NCBI RefSeq assembly: GCF_018350175.1
Contig: NC_058373.1
Coordinates: 108,936,001-109,000,000 of the forward strand
Direction: 5' to 3'
Length of the DNA: 64,000 bases
Origin: Felis catus
Lineage: Eukaryota
The translations under genes were made by a program, and so were the position numbers. Within the stretch, counting starts at the first letter, position 1. Each line of letters begins with the position of its first letter. Positions 37,596 through 50,049 of this stretch are shown in pieces. The notes under the pieces were generated by a model. It was not told the origin of the DNA. It was given only the letters and a program-made list of their open reading frames with translations, and did no database searches.

Positions 37596-38579
37596 AAAAT
37601 GTAGCTTTGTTTGAAAATGGAAGCTTTTTTTTACTTTTATTTTTGCTTTTTATTCAAGTATATTTATTGAAGCAAGGTTTGTAGGTTTGTTTCCTTTCCT
37701 CCTGGTGCATATCTACCCTATACTGTTCTTATTATATGTAATATTCAGAAATAACTCTAAATTAGTATTTCACTTCTTAATAGAATCAGACAGGCATCAT
37801 ACTTTTTTTAATTAATACCAATCTGTCATAAGCGAGGCCATTTTAGGCTTCTTAGCAGCATACAATAGGTGGATAACTATAAATTTCACTTTGGTGATTT
37901 CCATTTTAAAGATGATTGCCAATGTCCCTGAAAATGGGAATATAGGCATCAAATTAAGTGCCAAGGCTGACAAAAGTGGACTTTACATCATCAAAATATC
38001 CAACTTAATTAGAGAAAGAGCATTATAAAAGCAGAGTCTCAGAAAATGCATTTAGAGGAAGGCCATAAAACCCCCACTGTCTGGGGTGATGACAGAAACT
38101 TTATTGTTCATGTGGTGCCTATCACTACCCCAGGCATTGTTGAAACAAATCTCAATATATCCTTAGAAAGGAATACAATTTTTTAAACATATACATAGTT
38201 TAATAAGTCTTTCTACATTTTATAGCATCCTTTACAATTTTCTCCTCTTAGATCTTGCACCCCACCCTCATTGTCATAAAAACACGTATCACAAAATAAT
38301 CAGCAGGAGCTTTATCAGGAAAATAGAACTGAGGTGTAATTATACCCTGAGTCCCAAGTAGATACTTTTCTCGAGGGCTCTCCTATCATGCTATTACCAT
38401 TTAACACGTACACTTTGATGCCATTTGCACTGGAGAAAGAAAAACAATATGCAATTCTGATATTTTGATCTATGATTGGGGCATACTGAATATTAGAGGC
38501 AATAAATGTAAAATTAAGCAATAGAACTAAAACCAGATGTTGACCCATTCTTTATATTTTTTTTTTCTTTTTTCTTGGT

Positions 38580-39940
38580 AGTGCTACTCCTTTAATGGAT
38601 ACACATATGCTCCAGATGGTCACATTTTACTTATTTCTTTCCCTGTTTATTCAACTTTTATTTTCAGGCAAGCTACTCAGGAGCTTTTCTCTTCCCTCTG
38701 CTGATCATTCAAGGCTCTGTCTCAGGCCCTCCTCTCACTCTACTTGCTCTTCTGCATGATCTCATTTAGTCTCTGGTGCTACAATTACAAGTTGCACAAG
38801 CCACTGACTCTTGAGAGTTACATCATTAGTCTAGAGCTCTCTTATGAGCTGTAATCTACATCCCTAAGTATTCAGCAGCCTATTGGGTATCTTAGTGTAA
38901 ACTTCTCCAGACCCTCACTCATCACATAGGAGAACCTATTATTTTCCAGCTACACCAAACCCCTCCCTTCCAGTGTTCCCCCCTCAGTGAATGGTGTTCC
39001 CTTTCTCTCACATGCCACGTCAAAACCCTGAGCGATTTTCTTGATGCCTTTTTCTTGCTCACCCCTACAGATTCACCACATTGGCCAATTCTACCTCCTA
39101 TATATCTCTCAAATTAGTCCACATATCTCCATCCTCACAGCCACTGCCTGACATCTAGTCTCCATCAATTTTTTTTTGTCTGGATTATTTCAAAGTCTCT
39201 CTATCATGCTCTGCATACAATTTTATGACCCCTCTAAGTGGTCTTCCACAAAGCTATCATGTGGTCTTTTAACACTATAAATCCAGTAATGTCAGTTTCC
39301 TGCTTAAAATTTTTCAGTTGTCTTTCAAGTGCCTTAAGGTTAAAATTCAAACTAATTAGCATGACATTCTCTAAAATCTAGTCCCTGTCTGTCTGTCCAG
39401 CCCCATGTCTGACTATTCTCAGCAGATATAACAAAGTAGTATATTTGCAATTCGAGGAAATTGCCCCCCTCTCAATCATTCCCCTCTCTTGAACAAACTT
39501 TTCTCACTGCCCTGACCTCTTTCTTGGCTTATTTAGCCCCTGTCATTAACAATTCTGTTCAAATGTCACTTCCCCTGCAGAGTTGTCTCTGACTCTCTCT
39601 CTTTATTCCCACTATTTAGACTACATTAGGTGCCCTTCCTGAGCTCCTATATGATGAGGCCCTATAATAGCATTTCAGTTCTCACCAGTTTTAGTATTTA
39701 TTAAGAACTAAATACATAAGCCAGGCACTGGGCTAAGAACTAGAGACACAGATGAAGACACAAGTCTTCCCTCTGTGAAGCCCTGGGCCTAGTCTAGCTC
39801 TCTTTTCACACTGTCTCTTGTTTGTTTACTTCCTCCTTCAATATACTATGAGCTTCTGGAGGCCAGGAAATTTTGGCCTTTACTGTTAAGCATAGTATGT
39901 GGCACACTCTGTGTGCTCAGTAAACATGTACATGAATAGC
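38580..39940 (+). mobile_element. L2 fragment to 3' end (with an antisense L2 piece ~39690-39800)
   Basis: ccctcagtgaatggt...aaaccctgagcgattttcttgatgcc...tgtcagtttcctgcttaaaa...atgagcttctggaggccagg...gctcagtaaacatgtacatgaat. Confidence 0.75.
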
Positions 39941-40119
39941 TTCGGGTTTAACCATACATGATGATTTCAGGGGCCTTAAAAATTTGTAGCATTTTAAAAT
40001 AATCATGCTTATTTATAAATGGACAGAGATTTTATCTATATATTGGTGGTAAAAATTCTTCCTAACATGCTCTATCTCCCTCCTCCTCCCTATGTGCCCT
40101 ATCACCCTTCTCCTCACAT

Positions 40120-40450
40120 CCTTTTGCATTTTGGCAGAAGCCCAAGCTATATTCAGGCATTATTTATGTAATGCCTCCTCTTAATACATGCCTTGGCTGA
40201 GTGGCAGGAAAGCTCCAGCTTTTCTATGAAATAAGGTCCTTATCTCTGACAGAATATTCAAGTTGGTTTTCTTACTTTGCATTCCAGTTGCTTTAATAGA
40301 CATCCTAGAGCTTTTTTTATTAGCCCCCACTAGAGTGCCCATGACAGCTGTAAACCATTAGTTACTGGGCTTGCCGGAGGCCTGCCAAGCACTGTGCCAT
40401 GATAGTATGATAAATCCAATTCATGCAACAACCATAATTGTAAATTTTTG
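40120..40450. promoter_or_regulatory. Candidate cis-regulatory element (motif cluster in unique DNA)
   Basis: NFI-like ttggcagaagcccaa 40131-40145, D-box ttatgtaa 40164-40171, GATA 40239-40245, TGACAG 40247 and 40342, CTCF-like ccactagagtgcc 40327-40339, TGATAAAT 40408-40415; motif evidence only. Confidence 0.35.
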
Positions 40451-41789
40451 ATGGGGTTTTAATAGGATGGTCAGGGGAGAATGTGTCTCAGAGCTACAAA
40501 AATTCTTTTTTTTTCCCCAAAGCCAGAGTGAATTTGAGAAAGCATTTTTTTTTGTTCTTAAACACAAAAAAAGAGAAAAAAAAAATGGTTTCTTGCCTGA
40601 TGAGATAAATTGTAGATACTCTCTAGAAATGTTTTCACAAAACAATTCTCCAAAATTTATGTCTGTCATTAGCTGCATGAATTGTCTATGCATGGAAAAA
40701 GAAAAGTGAAGCATGTCTACGCATGCCCCATAAGTGACTCCCCCCTGTTTTTATGTTGGTCTCTTTCCTCACCAACTTGGTGATTGTCAGTCGTGTACTT
40801 ATGCAACAGTGTTCCTGAGATTCTGGGGTCTAGTCTAAAAGTACAGTGTTCCCAAAGGATCTCTTAAGAGTCAACCGAAGCTTAAACACTTAATTGCAGT
40901 ATTATGCTTTAGAAATTAAAAAAGAACAGACAAAAGAAAAAACAAAATGCATTTTTCATACATTATCTCAGTCAATATTAGTTACTCAAATAATTGATTA
41001 AATATGAAATAGAATACAGTCTTTCCATTGACCTTTGTATCCATACCAAATCTTAACTCCCTGTCCTATGATTCAACTTTTATAGGAAATTAAAAGGAAA
41101 GGAAAATATTCCTACAAAAGATGATAGCCCCTGTGAAACTGCATTTGATTAGTAAATTTCCCTTGAATATGTTATTTACTATTCACAAATTTCTTCAGTA
41201 AATTTGCCTAACGTGACTACTCTATGACAGACATTTTTTGTGGTGCTAAGAACCCAGGCTTAAGTATAGACATCTTCCATATCTTCAATGAACTCACAGT
41301 GTAGTCACAGAGATCAGCATTAAATATTTTTCTTACATCAACAAATATGATAATTTGTGATAAAAGGTATAAAGTAAAAGTAAAGAGCAGGATATGAGAA
41401 CATAAAGTTTAAGCAGCCTCCTCTTCCCCACCTTTGGCCCCAGCACCGATATACAGAGCAGTGTTCCCAGTAACGGGGTGGAAGAACAATTCTCAGCCTC
41501 ACTGTAGGTATTGCAGCCCACTGTTTTGCTTGAGTCAAGATCCATTGGTGTGTTGGCTAAGTACCAACTGGAGGACACCCTGCTGTCTAACAGCCATGGA
41601 TGACCCCCTGCCGTGGCCAGAATGGTCTATGACTGGGACCTGTGACTGGGAAGTTCTGTTTCAGTTCTGTAAAAAGAAAACAATGTTTGTGTTGCAAGAC
41701 AGAAAAACTTGAAACCTATTCTTCCAGCCTCTAAGACTCTTTCCAGACTGTCTATAGCAACAAAAAAAAGTAGCATCTATCATAAATCA

Positions 41790-42000
41790 CTTGCCAGTTT
41801 CAGATTCATCCACACACATTATCTATCTTGAACTTCACATCCACCCAGGGAAGCATTAGTATATTCTCATTTACAAGGAAATCAAAGCTCACAAAGGATA
41901 CATGACCTGCCCCAGGTCATGCAGTTCAATACCTTATGGTGCTGGGGTCCAGACCCAGTTCTAATGAAACCAAAGCAGGAGCTCTTTCTACCATGCTCTC
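41790..42000 (-). mobile_element. MIR
   Basis: tattctcatttacaaggaaatcaaagctcacaaagg...tgacctgccccaggtcatgcag...ctctttctaccatgc. Confidence 0.7.
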
Positions 42001-42874
42001 GTGCTCATTCCTCCAAGGCTTTCATCACCCCAATTCCTGGGATCGTTGTTTAGATCCTTGTTTTACTTGCCATCTGATTTTTGATCACCTCAGAAACAAT
42101 TCTAGTCGTTCTGGAACTTCATTGTGAGCTACACAGAATGGATATGGTAAAAGTGTCTCTTAGGAGAAGAAAATTCAAATGGCCGGTGTAATCTCTTTAT
42201 GAGATGAAAGTCGAGGCAACTGAGAAATAGAGCATGACAAATAAGATCATGAATGAAAAATCTATAGGTAACAATAAGTTGAGAAAGCAGAAGATATGAG
42301 GAATACTGTTGTTAAGCCAAGCAAGTCACCCTCCTAGTGGTGGATCTCATTTTAGAAAATTGAGCATTTAAACATTCAACAAATGTGTATTATTTATTGA
42401 TGTGAAAACAAAATCCCAGAGAAAGGCGTACTCTTTTGAGGAAAAACAGAAGCTTTCTTTTTTTTCTTTTTTCTTTTTTTGGAGCTCACACAAGGACCAG
42501 TGTTGAGGTATCAAAGCCATAGCCAACATTCGTAGCTGGCTTTTGCTCCTGCTTCACTGGGGTACAACAAGAAGGGCCATGAGCCAGACCTGGGAAAAGC
42601 TGATTACCAACAAGTGCTGTACCTCAAAATATCCCAGTTGGGATCAGCCTTTTTTTTTCCTTTCTGGCTTGCATCATATGTGTAGGGTGCTTCATTTTCT
42701 CAGTTACTACATGCTTTTTTAAGGAGCAGAGATAGTGCTCAAATCAAACCAGTATGCAATTATTCATTCAGTCTAGAATTCTAGAGTCTAGGATGTAAGG
42801 TAACCGTGGAGGAGCAGAAATGTATATTTAGTGCACTTTATTCTGTGTTTCTGGCCTGTCAGAGTCTGGGGTGC

Positions 42875-43010
42875 AAGAACAGTAACATGATTAAAAATAC
42901 AAATCTGAAATCAGCCTCCCTGGTTTTGAATCTTACCTTTACTAGTTGTTATGTGAAAGTCTAAGAAGACAGTATTTAACTTCTGTTACCTCACCTATAA
43001 AATGACAATG
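42875..43010 (+). mobile_element. MIR fragment (probably resumes ~43530-43620)
   Basis: tctgaaatcagcctccctggttttgaatcttacc...ttacctcacctataaaatg. Confidence 0.6.
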
Positions 43011-43691
43011 GAGAATTTTTTTCTCTTATTTTTTTTTCTTTGCTTGTCTCTTCTCTCTTCTTTCTCCTCCTCTCTTTCTTCCCACCTTCCGTCCTTCTAC
43101 CTACCTAGCATTACCCAACCTTCCTTTGCTTCTTCTTGAGGAATCCACCACTTGGAAGGGTTCCCCCACCAGATATCTTCTCAACTTCCCAGGCTGTTGA
43201 TGAATGCTCTAGAATGTCACCTCATCTCAGTCAACAATTCTTCCTGCTGAAACTTTGTCTCTGGAGGGAGAGGCAGACACAGAAAGGAGAGATGAGAATA
43301 GATAAAGCTCAGAGCACAGCAGAGGTGGCCAGGAGCACACAAGAGCAGTGGAGTCCACAGGCACCATCTGACCTGGTGACACTCATGCCAGCCCTGGGGT
43401 TCCAGCTCCCTGGTGCATCCTTCAGCCTTCCTGCAGACCCTGTGGGCTTTCCCATATCTATCCAGTATACTCCTTCCCTAAATTAATGCAAGTCATGTTC
43501 TATTGTTTTTCTCTAAGAACTCCGACCAATGAAATGGGAAAAATAATACACTTGCAAGGACTAAATGGGAAAGTATAAGTTAAGCACTTAATATACTGAC
43601 TGGCATACTAAAAACTATTACTGGTCTAACATTATGGGTTATCTTATTGCTTATGAAAGAAATTTAAAGGGGATATAGATTAAAATATGTT

Positions 43692-43908
43692 TCTTTTTTT
43701 AATATTTATTTTTGAGAGAGAGAGAGAGAGAAAGAGAGATGGAGGGCAAGCATGAGCAGGGGAGGGGCAGAGAGAAAGGGAGACAGAGAATCTGAAGCAG
43801 GCTCCAGGCTTTGAGCTGTCAGCCCAGAGCCTGACTCAGGGTTTGAACTCATGAGCCGTGAGATCATGACCTGACCTGAAGTCAGACACTTAACCGACTG
43901 AGCCACCC
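43692..43908 (-). mobile_element. Can-SINE lacking the first ~8 nt of the head
   Basis: Perfect TSD agattaaaatatgtt at 43677-43691 and 43909-43923. Confidence 0.95.
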
Positions 43909-44033
43909 AGATTAAAATATGTTCCTAATTAAAAGAGAATGAATGACACAGTATAAAGAATGTTTAAAATATTGAAAATTATGAAGAAGGAAATGTAAAT
44001 AGTTCTTACTCTTGTTAAAAAGGCATACAGATA

Positions 44034-44211
44034 GGGGTTCCTGCATGGCAGGTGTCCAACTTTGTCTTAGGTCATGATCTCATGGTTCATGGGTTCAAGC
44101 CCAGCATCGGGGTCTCTGTTCTCAGTACAGAGCCTGCTTCAGATCTTCTGTCTCCCTTTCTCTCTGCTCCTCCCCCACTCATGCTCTCTCTCTCGAAAAT
44201 AAATATTTTTT
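44034..44211 (+). mobile_element. Can-SINE
   Basis: ggtcatgatctcatggttcatgggttcaagccc; TSD-like gcatacagata / gcatacaaata. Confidence 0.9.
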
Positions 44212-44221
44212 AAAAGCATAC

Positions 44222-44610
44222 AAATAAATGGATAAAGAGGTGTGTGTGTGTGTGTGTGTGTGAAAGAATATTATTCAACCATGGGAAAGAAGGACATCCT
44301 GTCATTTGTCACAACATGAATGGATCTTGAGGACATTATGCTTAGCGAGATAAGTCAAACAGAGAAAAACAAATGCTGTATGATATCACTTATATGTGGG
44401 ATATAAAAAAGCCAAACCCACAGAAAGAGAGATTAGAATGATGGTTGCCAGTGTTCAGGGGTAGAGAGAACAGAGCTATTGGTCAAGGAGTATAAACTTC
44501 CAGTTATAAGATGAATAAGTTCTAGGCATGTCATGTACAGCATAGTGTAGTATAATCACATAGTGATTATAGTGCAAAAGTATATTATATACTTGGGAAA
44601 AAAATAATAA
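44222..44610 (+). mobile_element. L1MA-type 3' UTR with internal (TG)n
   Basis: cctgtcatttgtcacaacatgaatggatcttgaggacattatgct...aaacttccagttataagatgaataagttct. Confidence 0.85.
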
Positions 44611-44614
44611 TAAC

Positions 44615-45066
44615 TGGTGGGTAGCTATGGAGATAAGCCACTTAGATCTCCTATCAAGAATGAATTCTCAGTGCAGCTTCAAGGAATGTAGTTAGCTGAC
44701 AGCCTGTAGCCATTAACACCTTGGAACTGAGTTCTAGAATGGAGGGCATGCTTTTCCCAGCCAATAACTGAGCACGGTGGAAGTACCAGAGCCTGGCCAA
44801 TTCTGCCCAATATGGAACTCCCCTAATGGTCGCCTTTGCTGCAGAGCTCCCCTTTGGATTGGCATAGACCTTCCAATCTGTTTTGTGAAGATTGCTTTCT
44901 CTACTTTTTCCTCTGACAGGTATCAGTGGTCTGAAGGCTGTTTCTCCCCAACCTTGTTTCCTCCCCTTTCATCTTTTGCATATATTATTCCCCCAAAACA
45001 CTCCTCCAAACAAACACTTACACTCCTAATCATGTCATCTGCTGCCTGCAAAACCTGCCTAACATG
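44615..45066 (+). mobile_element. LTR16-like (ERVL) solo LTR
   Basis: gtagttagctgacagcct...cccagccaataactgagcacggtgg...gcctggccaattctgcccaatatggaactcc. Confidence 0.7.
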
Positions 45067-45193
45067 AAGATATCTTTGTTCTTTTTTTCTAAAAATCTGT
45101 ATTTGTGTATATGCATATGTATTCTGTTACAACACTAAACTCACATTGTACACTTAATTTCATAAAATTGTTTTGTCTTCATGTTTTTTTTAA

Positions 45194-45582
45194 GTAGATA
45201 CTCTTTTATTTATTTTTTTTAATTTATATCCAAATTAGTTAGCATATAGCACAGCAATGATTTCAGGAGTAGATTCTTTAGTGCCCCTTACTCATTTAGC
45301 CCATCCCCCCTCCCACAACCCCTCCCGTAACCCTCAGTTTGTTCTCCATATTTATGAGTCTCTTCTGTTTTGTCCCCTTCCCTGTTTTTATATTATTTTT
45401 GTTTCCCTTCCCTTATGTTCATCTGTTTTGTCTCTTAAAGTCCTTATATGAATGAAGAAGTCATATGATATTTGTCTTTTTTTGACTAATTTTGCTTAGC
45501 ATAATACCCTCCGGTTCCATCCACATAGTTGCAAATGGCAAGATTTCATTCATTTTGATTGCTGAGTAATACTCCATGGTAT

Positions 45583-45627
<45 letters not shown>

Positions 45628-45799
45628 CAGACAGACCGACCAACCACATCTTCTTTATCCATTCATACACCAATGGACATTTGGGCTCTTTCCATACTTT
45701 GGCTATTGTTGATAGTGCTGCTATAAACATTGGGGTGCATGTGTCCCTTTGAAAGAGCATACCTGTGTCCCTTGGATAAATACCTAGTAGTGCAGTTGC
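45194..45799 (-). mobile_element. 5'-truncated carnivore/feline L1 with internal (GATA)n and a complex 5' junction
   Basis: ORF 45461-45760 TCTPMFIAALSTIAKVWKEPKCP...; direct repeat ttgtcttcatgttttttttaa at 45173-45193 and 45868-45888. Confidence 0.93.
45583..45636. repeat. (GATA)n/(GACA)n microsatellite
   Basis: Direct reading. Confidence 0.95.
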
Positions 45800-45888
45800 A
45801 CTACTTGTCTTCCATTACTTCCAAAAGTACTTCCACTACTACTTCCAAAAGTAGACTTGCACTACCATTGTCTTCATGTTTTTTTTAA

Positions 45889-45937
45889 CAAATGTTTATT
45901 TATTTTGAGAGAGAGCACACGAGCAGGGGAGGGGGCA

Positions 45938-45987
<50 letters not shown>

Positions 45988-46092
45988 CCCAAGCAAGCTC
46001 TGGTGCTCAATCGCACAATTGAACTTTGAAATCATGACCTGAGCTTAAACCAAGAGTCAGATACTTAACTGACTGAGCCACCAGGGGCCCCC
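45889..46092 (-). mobile_element. Can-SINE with long (GA)n
   Basis: atgtttatttattttgagagag...atcatgacctgagcttaaaccaagagtcagatacttaactgactgagccaccaggggccc. Confidence 0.92.
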
Positions 46093-46169
46093 CATTTTTA
46101 AAAAATGTTTACTTATCTTCACGTTAAATATTAGAATGTCATTAAAACTTTTCAATATCTTTTCAAATG

Positions 46170-46400
46170 CTGACTAACAATTATCTTACATCCTTGTGTA
46201 TCTTATCTCATGGAATTCTCATATAAATTCAAAATAGGCATTATTAATACTTTTCACAGTTTTATAGATGAGGAAACTAAGTTCATAGTAGTCAAGAAAC
46301 TTAGCTGCAAGCACAAAGCTAGTAGCTGGCATTAAGATCCAGACTTGCCTTACTCTGGGCCCAGGTGGCTCCCGCCTCTGTTTCTTTGGCTCTCACCCTA
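46170..46400 (-). mobile_element. MIR
   Basis: tttatagatgaggaaactaag...cacaaagctagtagctggc...cagacttgccttactc. Confidence 0.75.
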
Positions 46401-46831
46401 CTCTCAGGCACCAGACTGCATCTAATGGCAGACTTTACCTCTTTTCCTTACAGTACTTACCCTAGGGGGGAAATTATGGGTTAGGATACTGCTCATGGCC
46501 TCTCTCCCTAACTTAATCATTGCTGTCCCTAGTTATTAGACATAAAGTAATAGTAGACTTTTCATTTATTCTCTAAAAATCTGTGGGACATTTATTATGT
46601 GTAGGTGGAGGTCACACATGCTTTTGTTGCCTCCATGGGTTTGTGGGGGAGATCAAGGAGATAGACTCGTACAATTCTATGTGACATACAACATGATGGA
46701 GCTTTATAGAAGGCTCTATGGAAACATAATCTGATGGACAGAGTTGTAGTGAAGACTTTTGAGGAAGCTGAGCCTAAAGGACTTATTGAGTGTTCCAGCT
46801 CAGTAACAACATGTGCAAAAAGAATCCGAAG

Positions 46832-47108
46832 AAATTAAGGATAAATGAGGTCATTAGGGTGGGCCCTAATCCAAGGTGACTGGTGTCTCTATCATAAAAA
46901 GAAATTAGGATACAGACAGGAAAGACTATATTAAGACACAGGGAGAAGGCCACCTACAAGCCAAGAGCAGAGGCTTCAGAAGGAATCAATCATGATGACA
47001 TTTTGATCTTGGACTTCTAGCCTCCAGAATTATGAGAAAATACATTTCTGTTATTTAAGCCACCCAGGCTGTGGTACTCTGTAATGGCAGCCCTGGCAAA
47101 CTAACACA
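46832..47108 (+). mobile_element. MLT1A/B-type MaLR LTR (5' part missing), within an antisense L2 remnant
   Basis: aaatgaggtcattagggtgggccctaatcca...ttgatcttggacttctagcctccagaattatgagaaaatacatttctgttatttaagccaccca...gcagccctggcaaactaacaca. Confidence 0.9.
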
Positions 47109-48776
47109 GGAGATGAGACAGAAAGGGCAGGCAAGGAGTTAATTAGGGAGGCCCTGTGTGACATATATAGGGGTTTATGCTTTTATTCAGAAGGTAATGG
47201 GGAGCTAGCAAAAGATTTAAATCAAGAAGTATAGCAAAATTCATGTTTTAGAAATGTTTAACTTTTGTACTCACTGTTTTCCACTTCTGTCCCCATCTAA
47301 CTCTTCCATGGTGAAAGTAAATGGGACTGAGGGGAGAATGGAGGTAATTAGTCAGTGACTGGTTCCTACACATCTGATCAGGCTTCAAACTATGCTTTCT
47401 GACAATTCCATCTTTGCCTTTTCCTTGTTTCTCACTTTTTTACCCCTAGAATAATGTCTGAGTCCACAGTTCAGACTCTTCTTCCAGTCCATGAGTTCTG
47501 CCTTACTCACCAAATCTCATTACTACCCATGACCCAGCATGACAATTTGGAAATGCTGGAAAGACTTAAAGAGGCTGAAAAATGAAAGTATTGTAATAAA
47601 GACCCAACACTGAGCCCAGACTGGGATTCAACCCCATCTAGGTGAATGTGGGTGATGCTTGTGGATTGCCTAGGGGAACGAATTGTCTGGAAACACTAGT
47701 CTGTGTCATCAATCTCTAGTCCAGCCTCTTTGATCTGTGCCAGGTTAATGGAGGGGGAGGCTGAATAAACATTTATCATGGGGTTCTCATGAGAGGTACA
47801 GAGTGGTTGGTTACATGTGACAGGGTGGTTAGCAGAGAAATCCTCCCCCTGTTCTTCACATATCACGTGGCACAGGCCCTGTAGGGGTCTTGTTCTTTGG
47901 GGAGCATTGGTAGTTAACAATATTGGTATGGAAATGAGAGTGCTCACAGGAAGCAGGTAGACCCTGAGAGAACTGTCTGCATACCCATGGAACATTCTAC
48001 CTGCCACCCTCACTCCTGGGGACCACCCATGACACTTAGCATAGTGATGGCACAGGGGTTAAGTCTTCGCACTGGCAGATCACCCAGAGAAACCTGGCTT
48101 TACCAGATAAGGAATTACTCAGGTAGTCTTTGAGTGTCATTCTCCAATTTTTACTGCTATTCTATCCCTATTCCTTGTTTAGTGTGTCAGTGCTCATGTG
48201 GCATGCCATATATCAAACTATTACATTTCTCCTTCATCTTCTGTGAGGAAATAAAGATAGATGATAACACTGGCTTTTACCCTCTGTACATAACATGACT
48301 TCCTCATATATTTTCTTCTTAACTTTTGTTATAAAATGGTTTGGTAATTAATAATGGCTTTATTTTTTAAATTATGACAGAGTAGGAACAAGGTGCTGCT
48401 ATTTCCTCATAAAAATCATTCTCATGACATTTGGTATTATCCCTCTCAAAGACGGCAGTAAAAATTCATTGCTGCACTCAAAGACGCTTGTGCAGAATAC
48501 TCAACAGACATGATAAATTGAGTGGAGTGGGCTCTTTTTTATGTGGGTGGACAGTGAGGCAAGAAGGAATTTCTTACCACTAAAAATAAATAAATAAAGG
48601 CCTAACCTCCTCTCCAAGTTTAAGCAATTGACTCATGTTCTCAACTTTCTATAGCTAAATATACTGTGGATCCCATCCATAGACTTAAGACCACCACTGT
48701 TCCTGATTTCACCATGGCTAAGTCTGAATGTATACCAATAAGTTTTGGTTCTACTGTTCAATAGCCTTAGTAATGG

Positions 48777-49293
48777 TGTGGCAGATTGCACTGTCCAAAA
48801 ATGGCCATGGCAATATTTCTGACCTCACATGCTACTCTCCCACCAAGAGACGTCTTGAAACTGAGCTAGCCTTTTCCTACGTCTTGAAACTGAGCCAGCC
48901 CTTGTGGGATAAATAGAAGGCAGCAGAAGTAACTCTATGTGACTTCTGAAGCTGGGTCAGAAAAGGTCACACGACTTCCACCAGGCTCTCTCTGCTTTAT
49001 TATGTTCACCTTTGAGAACAATTCGTCATGTTGTCAGGTAGCTCAGGCTCCAGGAGAGGCCATGCCTAGATGTTCCACCCTGTGGTCCAGCTAAGTTTCC
49101 AGGTGATAGCAGTAATAGTCAACTGGAAGATGTGAATGAACAAACCTTCAGATGATTCTAGTTCTCAACCTTCAGGCTGACATTAGTGGAACAGAGCTAT
49201 TTCCACTGTGTCTTGCCCAAATTGCAGATTCAGGAGCAAACTAAAAGCTGTGATTGTTTTAGAGTGACTGTTAGATAGCAATGTCAATTAGAA
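48777..49293 (+). mobile_element. MLT1 (F/G/H-type) MaLR solo LTR
   Basis: tgtggcagattgcactgtccaaaaatggcc...gcagaagtaactctatgtgacttctgaagctgggtcagaaaagg...gcccaaattgcagattc; 22-bp internal duplication 48850-48871 / 48879-48900. Confidence 0.8.
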
Positions 49294-49414
49294 TGAATGG
49301 GCTTGTTGCCAACAAGACCTGGTTTCCATTGTGCTAGGGATGAGTACTTAGCGCTTTTGTATTGACAGTATTGAATTGCAGCATTTTTTCAGTTAACCCC
49401 TGAAGCTAAAACTA

Positions 49415-49625
49415 CATAATGGGAAAGAACACAGGCTTTGGAAGCAGAAAAACCAGGGTTCAGTTCCCAGCACTGCCTTGTACTACTAGCAGGTTGACCT
49501 CTGGCTAATTATTGAACTTCATTATTAGAAGGGGATAATTTTATCTACCTCACTAAGCTGTTGTGGGGACTGATAGCTGTTGAAGTGCTGAATATAAGCT
49601 GGCATACACTCTTAGGAACTAAGAT
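49415..49625 (+). mobile_element. MIR
   Basis: gggaaagaacacaggctttggaagcag...gggttcagttcccagcactgcc...ggggataat...tctacctc. Confidence 0.8.
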
Positions 49626-49785
49626 CTCTGAATCAATAGAGTTCAAATTTTCAGAGACAGGGAGCAACACATTGGGGAGTGAGTTATTGAAAGTAATATT
49701 GGGGGAACCCCCTTCCACTTCTACCCTTTTATTCCTGCACTTGTAGTATTTTGGCTATAGGATTTAAAAAGTAACATTTTTTTAA

Positions 49786-49992
49786 GGGTACCTGGGTGGC
49801 TCAGTTGGTTGAGCATCCAACTCTTGGTTTCGGCTCAGGTCATGATCACACGGTTCATGAATTCAAGCCCCGTATCAGGCTCCGTGTTGACAGTGCAGAG
49901 CCTGCTTGCCATTCTCATTTTCTCTCTCTCTCTCTCTCTCTCCCCCTCTCCCCCCCTCTCCCTCTCCCTTTCTCTCTCTCCAAATAAATATT
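49786..49992 (+). mobile_element. Can-SINE
   Basis: gggtacctgggtggctcagttgg...ggtcatgatcacacggttcatgaattcaagccc, (CT)n. Confidence 0.92.
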
Positions 49993-50049
49993 TTTTAAAT
50001 ACCATTTTTAATTAGATATCATTAAGTTCATTATATGTAGTTCAGGTTG

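Noticed and set aside
42325..42343. CTCF-like motif on the minus strand (ccactaggagggtg)
   Set aside because: Mismatches in the core; expected by chance in 64 kb
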